Origin: Octopus vulgaris
Lineage: Eukaryota
Direction: 5' to 3'
NCBI GenBank assembly: GCA_951406725.2
Contig: OX597821.1
Location: 33,356,001 to 33,420,000, forward strand
DNA length: 64,000 nt
Translations under genes and position numbers: made by a program
Shown here: piece by piece, positions 13,738 to 26,132 of the stretch
Numbering within the stretch: the first letter of the stretch is position 1
Layout: the number at the start of each line of letters is the position of its first letter
The notes under the pieces: generated by a model
Told to the model about the DNA's origin: nothing
Databases searched by the model: none
What the model saw: the letters and a program-made list of their open reading frames with translations, nothing else

Positions 13738-13965
13738 TTAACCATTTTGCATTCAGATTAATCTGCCAAATGAAATGGTTATGCATTCACATTGCTTTCA
13801 ATTAACCATGCATTATTTCATAGCTTTGGGATTTCGATGGTGTGATTGTTTATATTTAGAATTACATTGTAGGGTAGGTGTGAGAGGTGAAATCTGGCAA
13901 GTTTGAACATAAGATAGGTAGAATATTTAGGCCGGATATGGCCAGTTTACATGCTAAAGGGTTAA
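13738..13965. mobile_element. piggyBac-like MITE (related copies near 10840, 17050, 25440-26090, 45436-45644, 45700, 46185-46770, 49900, 54815-55350, 58590)
   Basis: TTAA-CC...GGG-TTAA ends and a shared body (aatgcttatttattcacattg...catgcattatc...ggccagttt). Confidence 0.75.
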
Positions 13966-15092
13966 GTCATAAATTTTTAGTTTAGTGGGGCAATTCAATT
14001 ACATTGATCCCAGTGCTCAACTGGTACTTATTTTATTGGCTCTGAAAGGATAAAAGGCAAAGTTGACTTCAACTCTATTTGAACTCAGAATGCAAAGAGC
14101 CAGAAGATATGCCCCTAAGCATTTTGTCCCATCTAGTAACAATTCTTAGCAGCTCACTGCCTTCGGGTTTCAAATTTTGGCACAGGCGTAGGAGTGGCTG
14201 TGTGGTAAGTAGCTTGCTTACGAGCCACATGGTTCCGGGTTCAGTCCCACTGCGTGGCACCTTGGGTAAGTGCCTTCTACTATAGCCTTGGGCTGACCAA
14301 AGCCTTGTGAGTGGATTTGGTAGACGGAAACTGAAAGAAGCCTGTCGTATATATGTATATATATGTATGTGCGTGTTTGTGTGTCTGTGTTTGTCCCCCC
14401 AACATCGCTTGACAACCGATGCTGGTGTGTTTACGTCCCCGTAACTTAGCGGTTCGACAAAAAAGAGACCGATAAAATAAGTACTAGGCTTACAAAGAAT
14501 AAGTCCTGGGGTCGATCTGATTGACTAAAGGTGGTGCTCCAGCATGGCCACAGTCATATGACTGAAACGAGTAAAAGAGTAAAGAGAGTAAAAGAGTAAG
14601 GCCATCATTTTTTTTTTTCTGTTGGGGTGAGACTAAGTTGATTATATTGACCCCAGTTCTTGGTTGGTACTTATTTTTATTGATCCCATAAGGATGAATA
14701 GCAAAGTCAGTCTTAGAAGAACTTGAACTCAATACGTAAAGAGCTGGAAGAAATACTGCGAAGCATTTTGTCTGATGCCCTGAATCTTGTGCCAGCCTAC
14801 CATCTTTTCCTTGTAAATTGATATTGCATATCCATCACCCAACATCATGCTTGACTTCTCCCTCTAACTGCTCTAATTCCACCACATACATTATTACATT
14901 TGTCATGCATGCCTTGTTTAGTTTTCTTTCACATGATCAATCAGACTTACAGCACACAGTGAAGTTCATGAGTTTGGATAAGTCTGTATATTGTAAGGAG
15001 AAGAATGTGGCATCTTGGGAAAGACATTTTGTCTGGGTGAGAAAAGTATTTTCTGCTGAAGAATTTTTTTCTCCCTCCCACACAAGGGGCCA

Positions 15093-15093
<1 letters not shown>

Positions 15094-15126
<33 letters not shown>

Positions 15127-15422
15127 CTTTCTTTCTTTCTCTCTTTCTCTCTTTCTCCCTCTCTCTCTCTCTCTCTCTCTTTTTCTTTTTTCTTTCTTTC
15201 TCTCTCTTTCTTTCTTTCTCCCTCTCTCTCTTTCTTTCTTTCTTTCTCCCTCTCGCTCTCTCTATCTTTCTTTCTCCCTCTCGCTCTCTCTCTCTTTCTT
15301 TCTTTATCTCTCTCTCTCTTTCTCTCTTTCTTTCTTTCTCTCTCTCTTTCTTTCTCTCTTTCTTTCTTTCTCTCTTTCACTCTTTCTCTCTTTCTTTCTT
15401 TCTTTCTTTTTCTTTCTTTCTT
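15094..15422. repeat. Polypyrimidine (CT/CTTT)n tract
   Basis: About 330 bp almost purely C/T. Confidence 0.97.
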
Positions 15423-16324
15423 ATTATTATGATTTGTCCAAGTTCACAAATATCACTCTATACTTTTTGTCACCACTGGCCATCACCACCTTCTCAGACA
15501 CACTTTTCAACCTTATAGAAACATAGGTAGTTGCCAAAATGACTGTTTATTCCACAGATTCCATTGTGTTCATAGTAATGCCATCCTCCAATAAGTGCAG
15601 AACCATACTATAACAGAGACTATTGTTTCTAGTATCAAGTACCATGCAGCTGCCTGAGCATACCTCCCACCACCACCACTGCTATTTCTTTTGCACTACT
15701 CAGACTATTTTTAGATGCCAATAGATTCTACTGATGTCCACAACAAGGTGACATTTGTCTTGGCATAGTGTTTAGAGCTAATAAACTTAAAAGTCTTGAT
15801 TCTGGCTTTTGTGTAGATATATTCTTTTCTAGATTGAACATGATGTAGAGTTTGTGATGTTACTGTTTTTCTCGGGAAATGTATCTTGTTCCATGTCTTT
15901 CACATCTTAGTCTCACTGGTTTCTATAGATCCAACACTTGGCACTGATTACGGTCACCGAAATTGCAGTACTTGTCTATTGTTGTCTGCAAGCTATTTTC
16001 CTTTTATCTAAATAGTCTCTAAATAAAGAACATTCTAGTATGTATCCTATCCAAGATAAAAAAAACTCTGCCCTTTTACTCACTTTAGCAACATTATAGA
16101 CCCTCTTTTACTCTTTTACTTGTTTCAGTCATTTGACTGCGGCCATGCTGGAGCACCGCCTTTAGTCAAGCAAATTGACCCCAGGACTTATTCTTTGTAA
16201 GCCTAGTACTTATTCTAGCAGTCTGTTTTGCTGAACCGCTAAGTTACGGGGGACATAAACACACCAGCATCAATTGTCAAGCAATGTTGAGGGGACAAAC
16301 ACAGACACACAAACATATACACAC

Positions 16325-16355
<31 letters not shown>

Positions 16356-18561
16356 CGATGGGCTTCTTTCAATTTCCGTCTACCAAATCCACTCACAAAG
16401 TTTTGGTCGGCCCGAGGCTATAGTACAAGACACTTGCCCAAGGTGCCACGCAGTGGGACTGAACACAGAACCATGTGGTTCGTAAGCAAGCTACTTACCA
16501 CATAGCCACTCCTACGCCCCTGAGCAAATCAACACATAGGGCCCTTAGGCCTGTGAAGCCCCCAGTTATCTACCCAGTCTACCCATGGCTTAAGATAGTA
16601 CTGCCCTTAACAATTTAACAATGTTCAGATGATAGAGCTTTTGAGGGAGTTTCTGTACAGCTGTTTTGTCAGTGTAACAGACTAAAATTTTCTTCAATAA
16701 GTACCCTATCATTCTGAAATTAGGGATCACCTGTTTGTAGCACCAAAATCTTAGGACACTATTACTGATCAAGATTAGGCCAGCCATCAAACTGAAGATG
16801 ACCTTTTGGTACCCCAATCAAGTATTTGTTGAACATTGAAAGAACATTTCGTTTGATTAGCTATCTCCATATCACAAGGCTGATTAAGTGGAGATGATAA
16901 AGATGTCACAGCAACAACAACAATAACATCATGTGAATTGTATTGGATCAAATATCTCACTCTTCATGAAAAATATTGACAGTACTAAAGTGAAGTTTTT
17001 TTGATAAAGTTACCACTTCTAAATAAATTCTTTTAAAGTACAATATCTTGTTGATTTCATCATGCATTATCTTGTAGCTTTGAGATTTTGATGATATGAT
17101 TGCTTATTTTTGGAATGACAATGTAGGACAGGTGTAAGAGGCTAGATGTGGCCAGTTTGTATATAAAAATATAAAACAGGTAGAATATTTTGTCCAGATA
17201 TGACCAGTTTAAATACTGAAGGGTTAATAAATAACAATACTAAATATTTTCTTTTTCCTCATTCTAATACTGAAAATAATTTGTTATCTGAAAATAATTT
17301 GTTATCATTACTTATAATCTTCAAAGATTGGTAAAGTCAATAGATCAGCCTGTGATTTTGTACAAAAATCACATCTCTTCAAAAGATACTATGTCTCAGT
17401 TTTCCAAACAAGGAAAGCAGGAAGCATTTTGTTTGATCTAAACATAATCATAATCATCATCATTTAACGTCCATTTTCCATGCTAGCATGGGTTGGACGA
17501 TTTTCACTGAGGGCTGGCAACTAGATGGCTGCACCAGGCTCCAGTCTTGATCTGGCAGAGTTTCTACAGCTGGATGCCCTTCCTAATGCCAACTACTCCA
17601 AGAGTGTAGTGGGTGCTTTTTACGTGCCACCGGCACGGGGTCTAGTCAGGCGGTACTGGCAATGACCTCGCTAGGAAGCCTACAAACAAACATTTTGAGC
17701 TATTCAATCAATAAAATGTTCACAGACACAGGATATTGCTTAACAATTCATAATATTTAACAAACAGAATCACATAATATGTCTTCGTAATTATAAAATA
17801 TGTACTTGTACAAGGAGTTCACAGAGATCATTGAAAATGGTAAGTTCATGTAAATAAAATTAATTGAGGTGGTGGTTGATCATTATTTTGCAAAGAAAAT
17901 ATCCAGTTGCTGTTACTTCAGGTGCTTGTTCCTTATATTTTACTAGCTGTAACATTTGACTAAGAGGTATCAACTTAATATTGGCTTCCTCTTGTTCAAC
18001 ATGCCACTCCATGAAAAGTTTCAAACTGTCAGCAGCTTTGCTAATGGGCACTGGGGGGGGGGGGGTATCAGTATATCATTCCATTTTATATCCTTAGCAT
18101 AGTGGAGGCACATGGCCTAGTGGTTAGAGCAGCGGACTCACGTTCGAGGGATCGCGGGTTCAAATCTCAGACCGGGTGATGTGTGTGTTTATGAGTGAAA
18201 CACCTAAGCTCCATGCGGCTCCAGCATAAGGTAATGGTGAACTTCTGCTGACTCTTTTGCCACAACTTTCTCTCACTCTTTCCTCCTACATCTTGCAGCT
18301 CACCTGCGACGGACTGGAAACCGGCCCTTATGAGCCAGGCATGGCTCGAGAAGGAAAAAATATTCTTAGCATCTGTACTTTCCCAGACTTCCATCGACTT
18401 TCTTTTTAATGCAATCAAAGTGGCTGAGTATTTCCCAGTCACCAGTCAAGGCTGTCTTGATTCTGAACACTGTTGATTTTTCCCATATACATATACATAT
18501 ACATATACACACACACATATACATATACACACACACACACACGCACATATATGTGTATAGG

Positions 18562-18705
18562 AAAGTTTACGAAAAAAACAAAAGACGATGACAGGTGGTG
18601 TACAAAACAAACAGTTGTATTAGTATAACGCTCAGGAATAGAAAAAGTCTTTTACGTTTCGAGCCTACGCTCTTCTACAGAAAGAGACACAGAAAAAACA
18701 AGGAG

Positions 18706-18761
<56 letters not shown>

Positions 18762-20300
18762 AGAGTTTACGAAAAAAACAAAAGACGATGACATGTGGTG
18801 TACAAAACAAACAGATGTATTAGTATAATGCTCAGGAATAGAAAAAGTATTTTACGTTTCGAGCCTACGCTCTTCAACAGAAAGGGACACAGAAAAAACA
18901 AGGAGAGAAAAAAATGTGTGTAGTGGCTAACGATCTATCATGGCGACTAGTGCCGGACAGAAGGGTCACACATGAGAAGGAAAGTAGAGGAGATAACAAG
19001 GCAAAGATGACTCCCAACACGAAGGTGCGTGTGTGTATAAAAGAGTATGTATGTGCATGTGAAAGAGGGCTAGTGGTCTGGGCGGGTGCGTGTATGTATG
19101 TGTAGGTGTGAAAATGTGGGGATGGGTGTGTGGGTGGTGTGTTGTGATGTGATGTGTAATGTGTGGTGTGGTGTGATGTTGTTGGGAGGTGGGGGAGGCG
19201 AGAGTGGGGAAAGACCGGGTGGGGTATGTATGTATATAAAGAAAAAAAGTCAAGGTAGAAAATGCTAAAATAATTTTATCATAAAAAACATTCTAGTATT
19301 GGTTTCAGTCATTGAGACTTTTTCAACTGTAAGTATGGAAGACAATTAAATTTTGGAAAAATTAAATGAAAAGTTTTTTTAAAAGAATATTTGCATAGTA
19401 TTCAAATACAAGGGGCATTTTCCTTGTTTCTACCTGTCTCTGTCTCTTCTGCTTACTCTTGTGGATTTGAGGTCATTGTGAATTTTTGGCAAAGAAGAAG
19501 AAGAAGAGAATGTGAGAGTGCCCTGAAAGTGACTTGTTGTGGATGGTAGTAGTGATTGAATTCTTGAGATATATCTTTTGAATGTATTATTTTTAATATT
19601 TGCATGGGTGTTATTCTAAACAGCAGTAGTAGTAAAGTAAGGAAGAAGAAGAAGACGAAGAAGGGGATGGAGAAGAAGAGAAAGAATAATAAAAGAAAAC
19701 AGAAGTGGTATGATAGTAGTAGGATGTTAAATAGTCAAGTGACCTAAAAGTGGTTCCTTGTGGATTATAGTAGTGATTGGGACTGTTTTAAATGAATTCT
19801 TGGGTATCTCTTTTGAATGTATCATTTTTAATATTTGCTTGTGTGTTATTCTAAGGTCATGGTGGATATGTCATTTGTTGTAGATATGTTCAAAAGGGGT
19901 CTGTATTTTGTGATAAAGAACGACTCTTTACTAATTCATTGGCTACAGGTTGTATCATCCCTGAATTGATAGAGGGGAAAGATTCTGAAGCTTGGATTTT
20001 TGTTATTGGCGCAAATGTCGATGTGTTAGTTGAATGCCACTTTTCTGTTTTTCAGAATTTTTATCTGGTATCTGTGTACAGCTATCCTTTGACATAGACT
20101 GTTTTTTGTTTGCTCTATGTATTGCTCTTGACACCCAGAGCAGGTTAGTGCATATATCAGGTTTTCTGAAGCACATGTGAAGCTACTTTTCACTGTGAAA
20201 CGTTGTCCCTGTTTGAAGGAAGACTCTGTTCCCTCAATTAAATTGACGCATATCCCACAATTGGGTCTGCCACATTTGTTTACTAATTGAAATATGCTTT
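18562..20300 (-). mobile_element. Penelope-like element 3' part: GIY-YIG endonuclease fragment plus tandem terminal repeats
   Basis: CGRPNCGIC...FTCASENLIYALTCSGCQEQYIEQT..L.QR..H ending ..KYRPLLN (20300-19890). Downstream are two direct repeats of about 150 bp (18562-18705, 18760-18910) with hammerhead-like motifs. Confidence 0.8.
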
Positions 20301-20850
20301 TAACATGCTCCACGAACTCTATGGAAACTTATGAAATTTTTAAGTATAGGGACAAGAGCAACCTGGTTAATAATAGATTAGACCTTGTGTATCATGCCTA
20401 CATACTGTCACCTGTACATTTAAATATTTTTGAAATTTTACAGGAGTGGCTGTGTGGTAAGTAGCTTGCTTACCAACCACATGTTTCTGTGTTCACCCCC
20501 ACTGCTTGGCACCTTGGGCAAGTGTCTTCTACTATAGCCTCGGGCATACCAAAGCCTTGTGAGTGGATTTGGTAGGCGGAAATTGACAGAAGCCTGTTGT
20601 ATATCTGTATATATCTGTGTGTGTGTGTGTGTGTGTGTGTATGTTTGTGCTTCTGTGTTTGTCCCCGCAACATCACTTGACAACTAATGGTGGTGTGTTT
20701 GCGTCCCTGTAACTTAGCAGTTCGGCAAAAGAGACCAATAGAATAAGTACTAGGCTTACAAAGAATAAGTCCTGAGGTCGATTTGCTCAACTAAAGGCAG
20801 TGCTCCAGTATGACCGCAGTTAAATGACTGAAACAAAAGAGTAAAAGAGA

Positions 20851-20864
20851 TACATATATATATA

Positions 20865-20914
<50 letters not shown>

Positions 20915-20932
20915 CATATACACATACACACA

Positions 20933-20968
<36 letters not shown>

Positions 20969-20973
20969 CACAC

Positions 20974-21004
<31 letters not shown>

Positions 21005-21159
21005 CATATATATATGTATATTTATATACACATATATATATGCATATATATATATGTATATATATACACATACATACATACATATATATATATGTATATA
21101 TATACACATACATATATACATATATATATACACATACATACATACATATATATGTATAC

Positions 21160-21211
<52 letters not shown>
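20851..21211. repeat. (TA/CA)n compound microsatellite
   Basis: Direct inspection. Confidence 0.97.
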
Positions 21212-21213
<2 letters not shown>

Positions 21214-21214
<1 letters not shown>

Positions 21215-21510
21215 GAGGCACAATGGCCCAGTGGTTAGGGCAGCAGACTCGCGGTCGTAGGATTGCGGTTTTGATTCCCAGACCGGGCGTTGTGTGTGTT
21301 TATTGAGCGAAAACACCTAAAAGCTCCACGACGCTCCGGCAGGGAGTGGTGATCCCTCCTGTACTCCTTCACCACTCTTTCTCTCACTCTTTCTTCTGTT
21401 GGCCTGCTCGCTTAGCCAGCGGGGTGGCGTCATTCGAAGGCTAAAGCAATGCAAACGCATTGTGACCAGTGATGTGTAACAACATCTGATAGCCTGGTCG
21501 GTCACGGTGA
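21214..21510 (+). mobile_element. tRNA-derived SINE, family D (copies at 18104 and 41181)
   Basis: TGGCCCAGTGG A box and GGTTT.GATTCCC B box. The body is shared with the other two copies. Confidence 0.8.
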
Positions 21511-21874
21511 TATATATATATATATATATGTCATCATCATCATCATCGTTTAACGTCCACTTTCCATGCTAGCCAAATTAGAGATATACTATATACTATA
21601 AAATTAGATTTAATCTTAAATCTAATTTTTCCCTGTAAGTTTGGATTTACTCCCTAATATTATTATATATATATATATATATATATATGTCTATATACAT
21701 ATATATGTATATATATATGTATATATATGTATATATATATATGTATATATATATGTGTACATATATATGTATGTATATATACATATATATATATGTATAT
21801 GTACGTATATATGTATATGTACGTATATATGTATATATGTATATGTATGTATATATGTATATGTATGTATTACA

Positions 21875-22133
21875 GGTTAAGGAGGGTATCGACACTTTTG
21901 AGAGAGCACGTATCCAGCACGAAGAACTTAAGCGAGCTGCGCGAAAGCGCACGGCTCGTATAGTGAATGAGGAAAGCTTGGTCTGCAATGTTTGCAGTCG
22001 TGTATGCTTGTCAAGAGCAGGGCTCATTAGCCACCAACGGAGCCGCAAATGCAAAATATAAGTTAGTCCTAGAGCGCACCATGTTCCTGAAGGTCGGCAA
22101 TGGTCTTCCTCGGTCACGAGTGGACGGCCATCA
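21875..22133 (+). mobile_element. RTE-type LINE 3' end with terminal C2H2 finger
   Basis: [20 protein letters not shown], same type as 37460-38805, embedded in TA-rich microsatellite. Confidence 0.7.
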
Positions 22134-22321
22134 TATATGTATATGTATGTATATATGTATATGTATGTATATATGTATATTTTTTATTTATATTCCTGAG
22201 CGCCATACTAATACAATTGTTTGTTTGTATTCCACCTGCCTTCGTCTTTTGTTTATTTTCATAAAGCTTCCCGTTATATATGTATGTATATATGTATATG
22301 TATGTATATATGTATATGTAT

Positions 22322-22368
<47 letters not shown>

Positions 22369-22689
22369 TGTGTATATATACATATATGTGTATATATACA
22401 TATATACCGCTTAATAATCTGAATAGAGGCAATGCAAGCAGAAATTAGAGGAACATAATTAATAACCACTCACAGAATCAAATATATACATATATTCTTC
22501 TACATTTAGAATGTAGAATGTATTTTGGTGACTCATCTTTTTCCAACCATTGTGCTGAGCATTTACAGTTCTTTTATTGGATCCATTTCTCATCACATGT
22601 TAGAATTTGATTAAAAAATGATTCATTTTTGTGATGAGAAAGTAGCATAATGCAGACTTCCAAACATTGCTGTTTCTGATTTTCATTGA

Positions 22690-23880
22690 GTTCATTGACT
22701 CGGTGAGGCCTAATGTTCGAAGGTTGTGCTTCACCACCTCATCCCAGGTCTTCTTGGGTCTACCTCTTCCACGGGTTCCCTCAACTGCTAGGGTGTGGCA
22801 CTTTTTCACACAGCTATCTTCATCCATTCTCACCACATGTCCATACCAGCGCAGTTGTCTCTCTTACATACCACAACTGATGCTTCTTAGGTCAATTTTC
22901 TCTCAAGGTACTTACACTCTGTCGAGTATGCACACTGACATTACACATCCATTGGATCATACTGGCTCCATTCCTTGTGAGCTTACGCATCTCCTGAGCA
23001 GTCACGGCCCATGTTTCACTGCCGTGTAGCATGGCTGTTCATACACATGCGTCATACAGTCTACCTTCTACTCTGAGCAAGAGGCTCTTTGTCACCAGCA
23101 GAGGTAAGAGCTCTCTGAACTTTACCCAAGCTTTTCTTATTCTAGCAGTTACACTTTCAGCACACCCTCCCCTGCTACTGACTTGGTCACCGAGGTAATG
23201 GAAGCTATCAACTACTTCTAGTTTTTCTCCTTGGAATGTGGTGGAAGTTGTTCTCTACGCATTTTCAGTGTTTATTGCTCCTGAGTATCTGCCACATACA
23301 AAAACTATCTTCCCAGTTAGCCTTCCTTTGATATTGCTGCACTTTTTATGTGTCCATAGCTTACACTGGGTACATCTTATAGAGTTTCTACCTATGCCTT
23401 TTCTACAGATCGAGCAGGGCCATCTACCTGAAGAGATTTGTGGTTTGTCTGCCTTCCTACTTATTAGGACTTTGGTTTTAGCTAGGTTGACTCTAAGGCC
23501 CTTCGATTCTAATCCTTGTTTCCACACTTGAAACTTCTCCTCTACTTCTAATAGTGACTCAGCAATTAGAGCAAGATCCTCAGCATAGAGGAGCTCCCAG
23601 GGGCATTCCATCTTGAATTCCTCTGTTATTGCTTGGAGGACTATGATAAATAGGAAGAGGCTGAGGACTGAACCTTGGTGGACCCCTACCTCTACCTAGA
23701 ATTCTTCACTGTACTTATTGCCAACCCTCACCTTACTGACAGCATTCCTGTATATGGCTTGCACAGCTCTTACTAACCATTCATCTATCCCTAGTTACTT
23801 CATTGACCACCAGATAAGGGATCGGGGGACCCTGTCGAAGGCTTTCTCCATGTCAATGAAAGCCAGGTACAGAGGTTAAG
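22690..23880 (-). mobile_element. RTE-clade LINE fragment (RT and C-terminus)
   Basis: FIDMEKAFDRVP, HQGSVLSLFLF, LLYAEDLAL, LRVNLAKTK and GRGRPKKTW motifs, with an internal Cys/His cluster. Degenerate. Confidence 0.88.
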
Positions 23881-24152
23881 TCAGGTACAGAGCGTACCAA
23901 CTTTGTTCTTCTCCAACCTTTGCATGTCCTCTACATTCAGTGCCCACATCTCACCACCAGGTACAGAGGTTAAATGATGATAAAATATATTCATTTTTTT
24001 CATAAAGTCAAATACATTGAGGATACTTTTGCTGTATCTGTGTTTGGACATTGTAAATTTTGACTTTGTTTTAACAACCACTTCTTTCCTTTAAAGTACT
24101 GTTATCCTCTCACCATGCATAAACTAAAGTACCTTTGTTTGTTTTATTTCAG

Positions 24153-24732
24153 TACAAGTTGGGAATTCCAAGAACTAACCAGCAATAAACAGCCAATGAT
24201 TAGTGACTGCGATGGTTGTTATTATCCATGGTATGGTGCTCGAGATGAAACGGTTGTTTTTCATTGCCCTTCATTAAAAACACAGGAAACTACACTAGTA
24301 ATGAATGACAATTTCCATCCACATGTAACGTGGCGAAACCCAGCCAATGAAAACCAAATAGAACCAAATCTCACCAATATCATTCGCAACCAAAGTTTCT
24401 ATGTTTGGTTGCTTGCATGGAACATGACCACAGGAAAATCTTACATCCTGATGAACATATACTGGACTATGAACTTAGAAATTGTTGTTGACCCACACAA
24501 GAAGCTTGGCGAACGTGCCAAGTTAGTCAGCCCTCAATTCCCAGAACAGCCTATTATCCTCAAAGAGAAAATACCAATACCTCGTTGTGCTCTTTCCCCA
24601 CCGAATGCAAACAGTGCCCAGAGACTGGTGTGGAACCCAAAACGGGGTCGGCCTGTTGTGATTATCCCCCCTGTATGGAACAGTAAAAAATCGGCAGAGA
24701 GTCAGATACAAAAACATGACAGTAAATTATGA
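24153..24732 (+). CDS. FAM78: FAM78-family protein, final coding exon (upstream exon not recognised in window)
   Basis: Pyrimidine tract and ttcAG acceptor at 24151-24152 (phase 2). Translation TSWEFQEL...ISDCDGCYYPWYG...MNDNFHPHVTW...RNQSFYVWL...PPNANSAQRLVWNPKRGRPVVIIPP matches the recalled FAM78A/B C-terminal half (SSWELP, ISDSDGVxYPWYG, MNDNFYPSVTW, PNANDAQVLMWRPK). TGA at 24730-24732. Confidence 0.9.
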
Positions 24733-24894
24733 TGAACTGCTGATTATATATTTACATACATACATAACTTACATTCATACATGCATGCATATATATGTAT
24801 ATATATATTTCTATATATATATATATATAATACACATATACATAAAAACATATGTATATATAGAGAGAGAGACATATACATACATTCATATATT

Positions 24895-24930
<36 letters not shown>

Positions 24931-25050
24931 TTACTATAAATATTTTAAGCATTCCAAAAGTTTAAACTCAAAAATATTTACTCATATAATTTTTTTTTTA
25001 AACAATATTTTCACAGACACAGATACACATACACACATGCACACACACAT

Positions 25051-25101
<51 letters not shown>

Positions 25102-25284
25102 AAATATTCTTATAAATTTTTTTTTTTTTAATGAGTCATATCTGTATGTATGTGTATAGATATAAAAACATGTACACATACAACAGGCTCTGTTTAAGTT
25201 GAATGTGAATGTATATATAATATTAACACACGGTAACAGAATTTAAAAGCTGTAATTCTGTGAGGAAGTAACAAAGACATAATG

Positions 25285-25290
25285 AATAAA
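25285..25290 (+). promoter_or_regulatory. Candidate polyadenylation signal of FAM78 (second AATAAA at 25383)
   Basis: AATAAA about 550 nt after the stop codon, before the next transposon. The context is AT-rich, so the evidence is weak. Confidence 0.35.
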
Positions 25291-25552
25291 GCCACACAAG
25301 TGTTATCATCTAAACTATCCAGGTCATTAGATATCTTAATGTACAAGAAATGATAAAAAGCATTCGGGTACATTTTTGCAGGAATAAAATATATTTTTAA
25401 GATATATTTAATTGGTTTTATTACCGCCACCTATTAACTATTTATAATTCAGCTCACTCTGTCAAATATAATGCTTATTTAGTCAAAAATGTTTTGAATT
25501 AATTCATGCATTATTTTGTAACTTCAAGATTTCAGTGATGTGGTTCTATAGT

Positions 25553-25853
25553 TAAGAGATGAGGAATTCCTCCTCCTCATCATCATCATCATCGTCATTT
25601 AACGTCCGCTTCCCATGCTGGCATGGGTTGGACGGTTTGACTGGGGACTGGTGAGCCAGATGGCTGCACCAGGCTCCATATGTACATTATTTACACTATT
25701 TACATTTGACGGATATTTGTCCTCATCTTGCTTGTTGTTAACACAACGTTTCAGCTGATATACCCTCCACCCTTCATCAGGTGTCTCGGAGAAATTTTGA
25801 ACCTGGATTCTCATTCCTAAGGTATTTTTCGATGTTGTTGTTGTTGTTGTTGT

Positions 25854-25885
<32 letters not shown>

Positions 25886-25968
25886 TTGTTGTTCAGGTCA
25901 CTGCCTGGAATCAAACTCGGAATCTTGGGGTTAGTAGCCCACGGTCTTAACTTCAACGCCACATGCCC
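25553..25968 (-). mobile_element. tRNA-headed short retroposon (family E) carrying a hammerhead motif
   Basis: Degenerate A/B boxes at 25968-25900, an (AAC)n tract and the HHR motif. Homologous copies at 63328-63570 (-), 63577-63705 (+, partial) and a head at 32722-32760. Confidence 0.75.
25740..25785 (-). ncRNA. Type I minimal hammerhead ribozyme-like motif
   Basis: Minus strand: GACAC-CUGAUGA-a-GGGUG gaggguauau CAGCU-GAAAC-GUU-GUGUU. Stem I is GACAC/GUGUU and stem III is the palindromic ACGU. Stem II has one mismatch here but is perfect (GGCUG/CAGCC) in the 63379-63421 copy. Confidence 0.65.
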
Positions 25969-26132
25969 ATGGTTGTTTATTTTTAGAATGACATTGTAGA
26001 TTCAGTGTGAGAAGCCAGATCTGGCCAATCTGAATATAAAATAAAACCAGTAGAATATTCAGACAGGATATGGCTGGCTTAAATGCTTAAGGAATAAGGA
26101 ATCAAATTTCACACAATATAATATATATATAT

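Noticed and set aside
14818-15432. 204-aa F/L/S ORF and antisense 147-aa K/E/R ORF
   Set aside because: Products of a (CT/CTTT)n tract.
17860-18051. Possible Tigger/pogo transposase C-terminal remnant
   Set aside because: Only a vague resemblance, with no TIR or catalytic motif to support it.
19290-19335. UUGAAAA-stem-GAAAC motif on the minus strand in the Penelope 3' region
   Set aside because: Too degenerate in stems I and III to call a ribozyme from a single copy.
1-24152. Upstream FAM78 coding exon
   Set aside because: No GWIQAC or Y.TP.F-type motif was found by eye; it probably lies upstream of the window.
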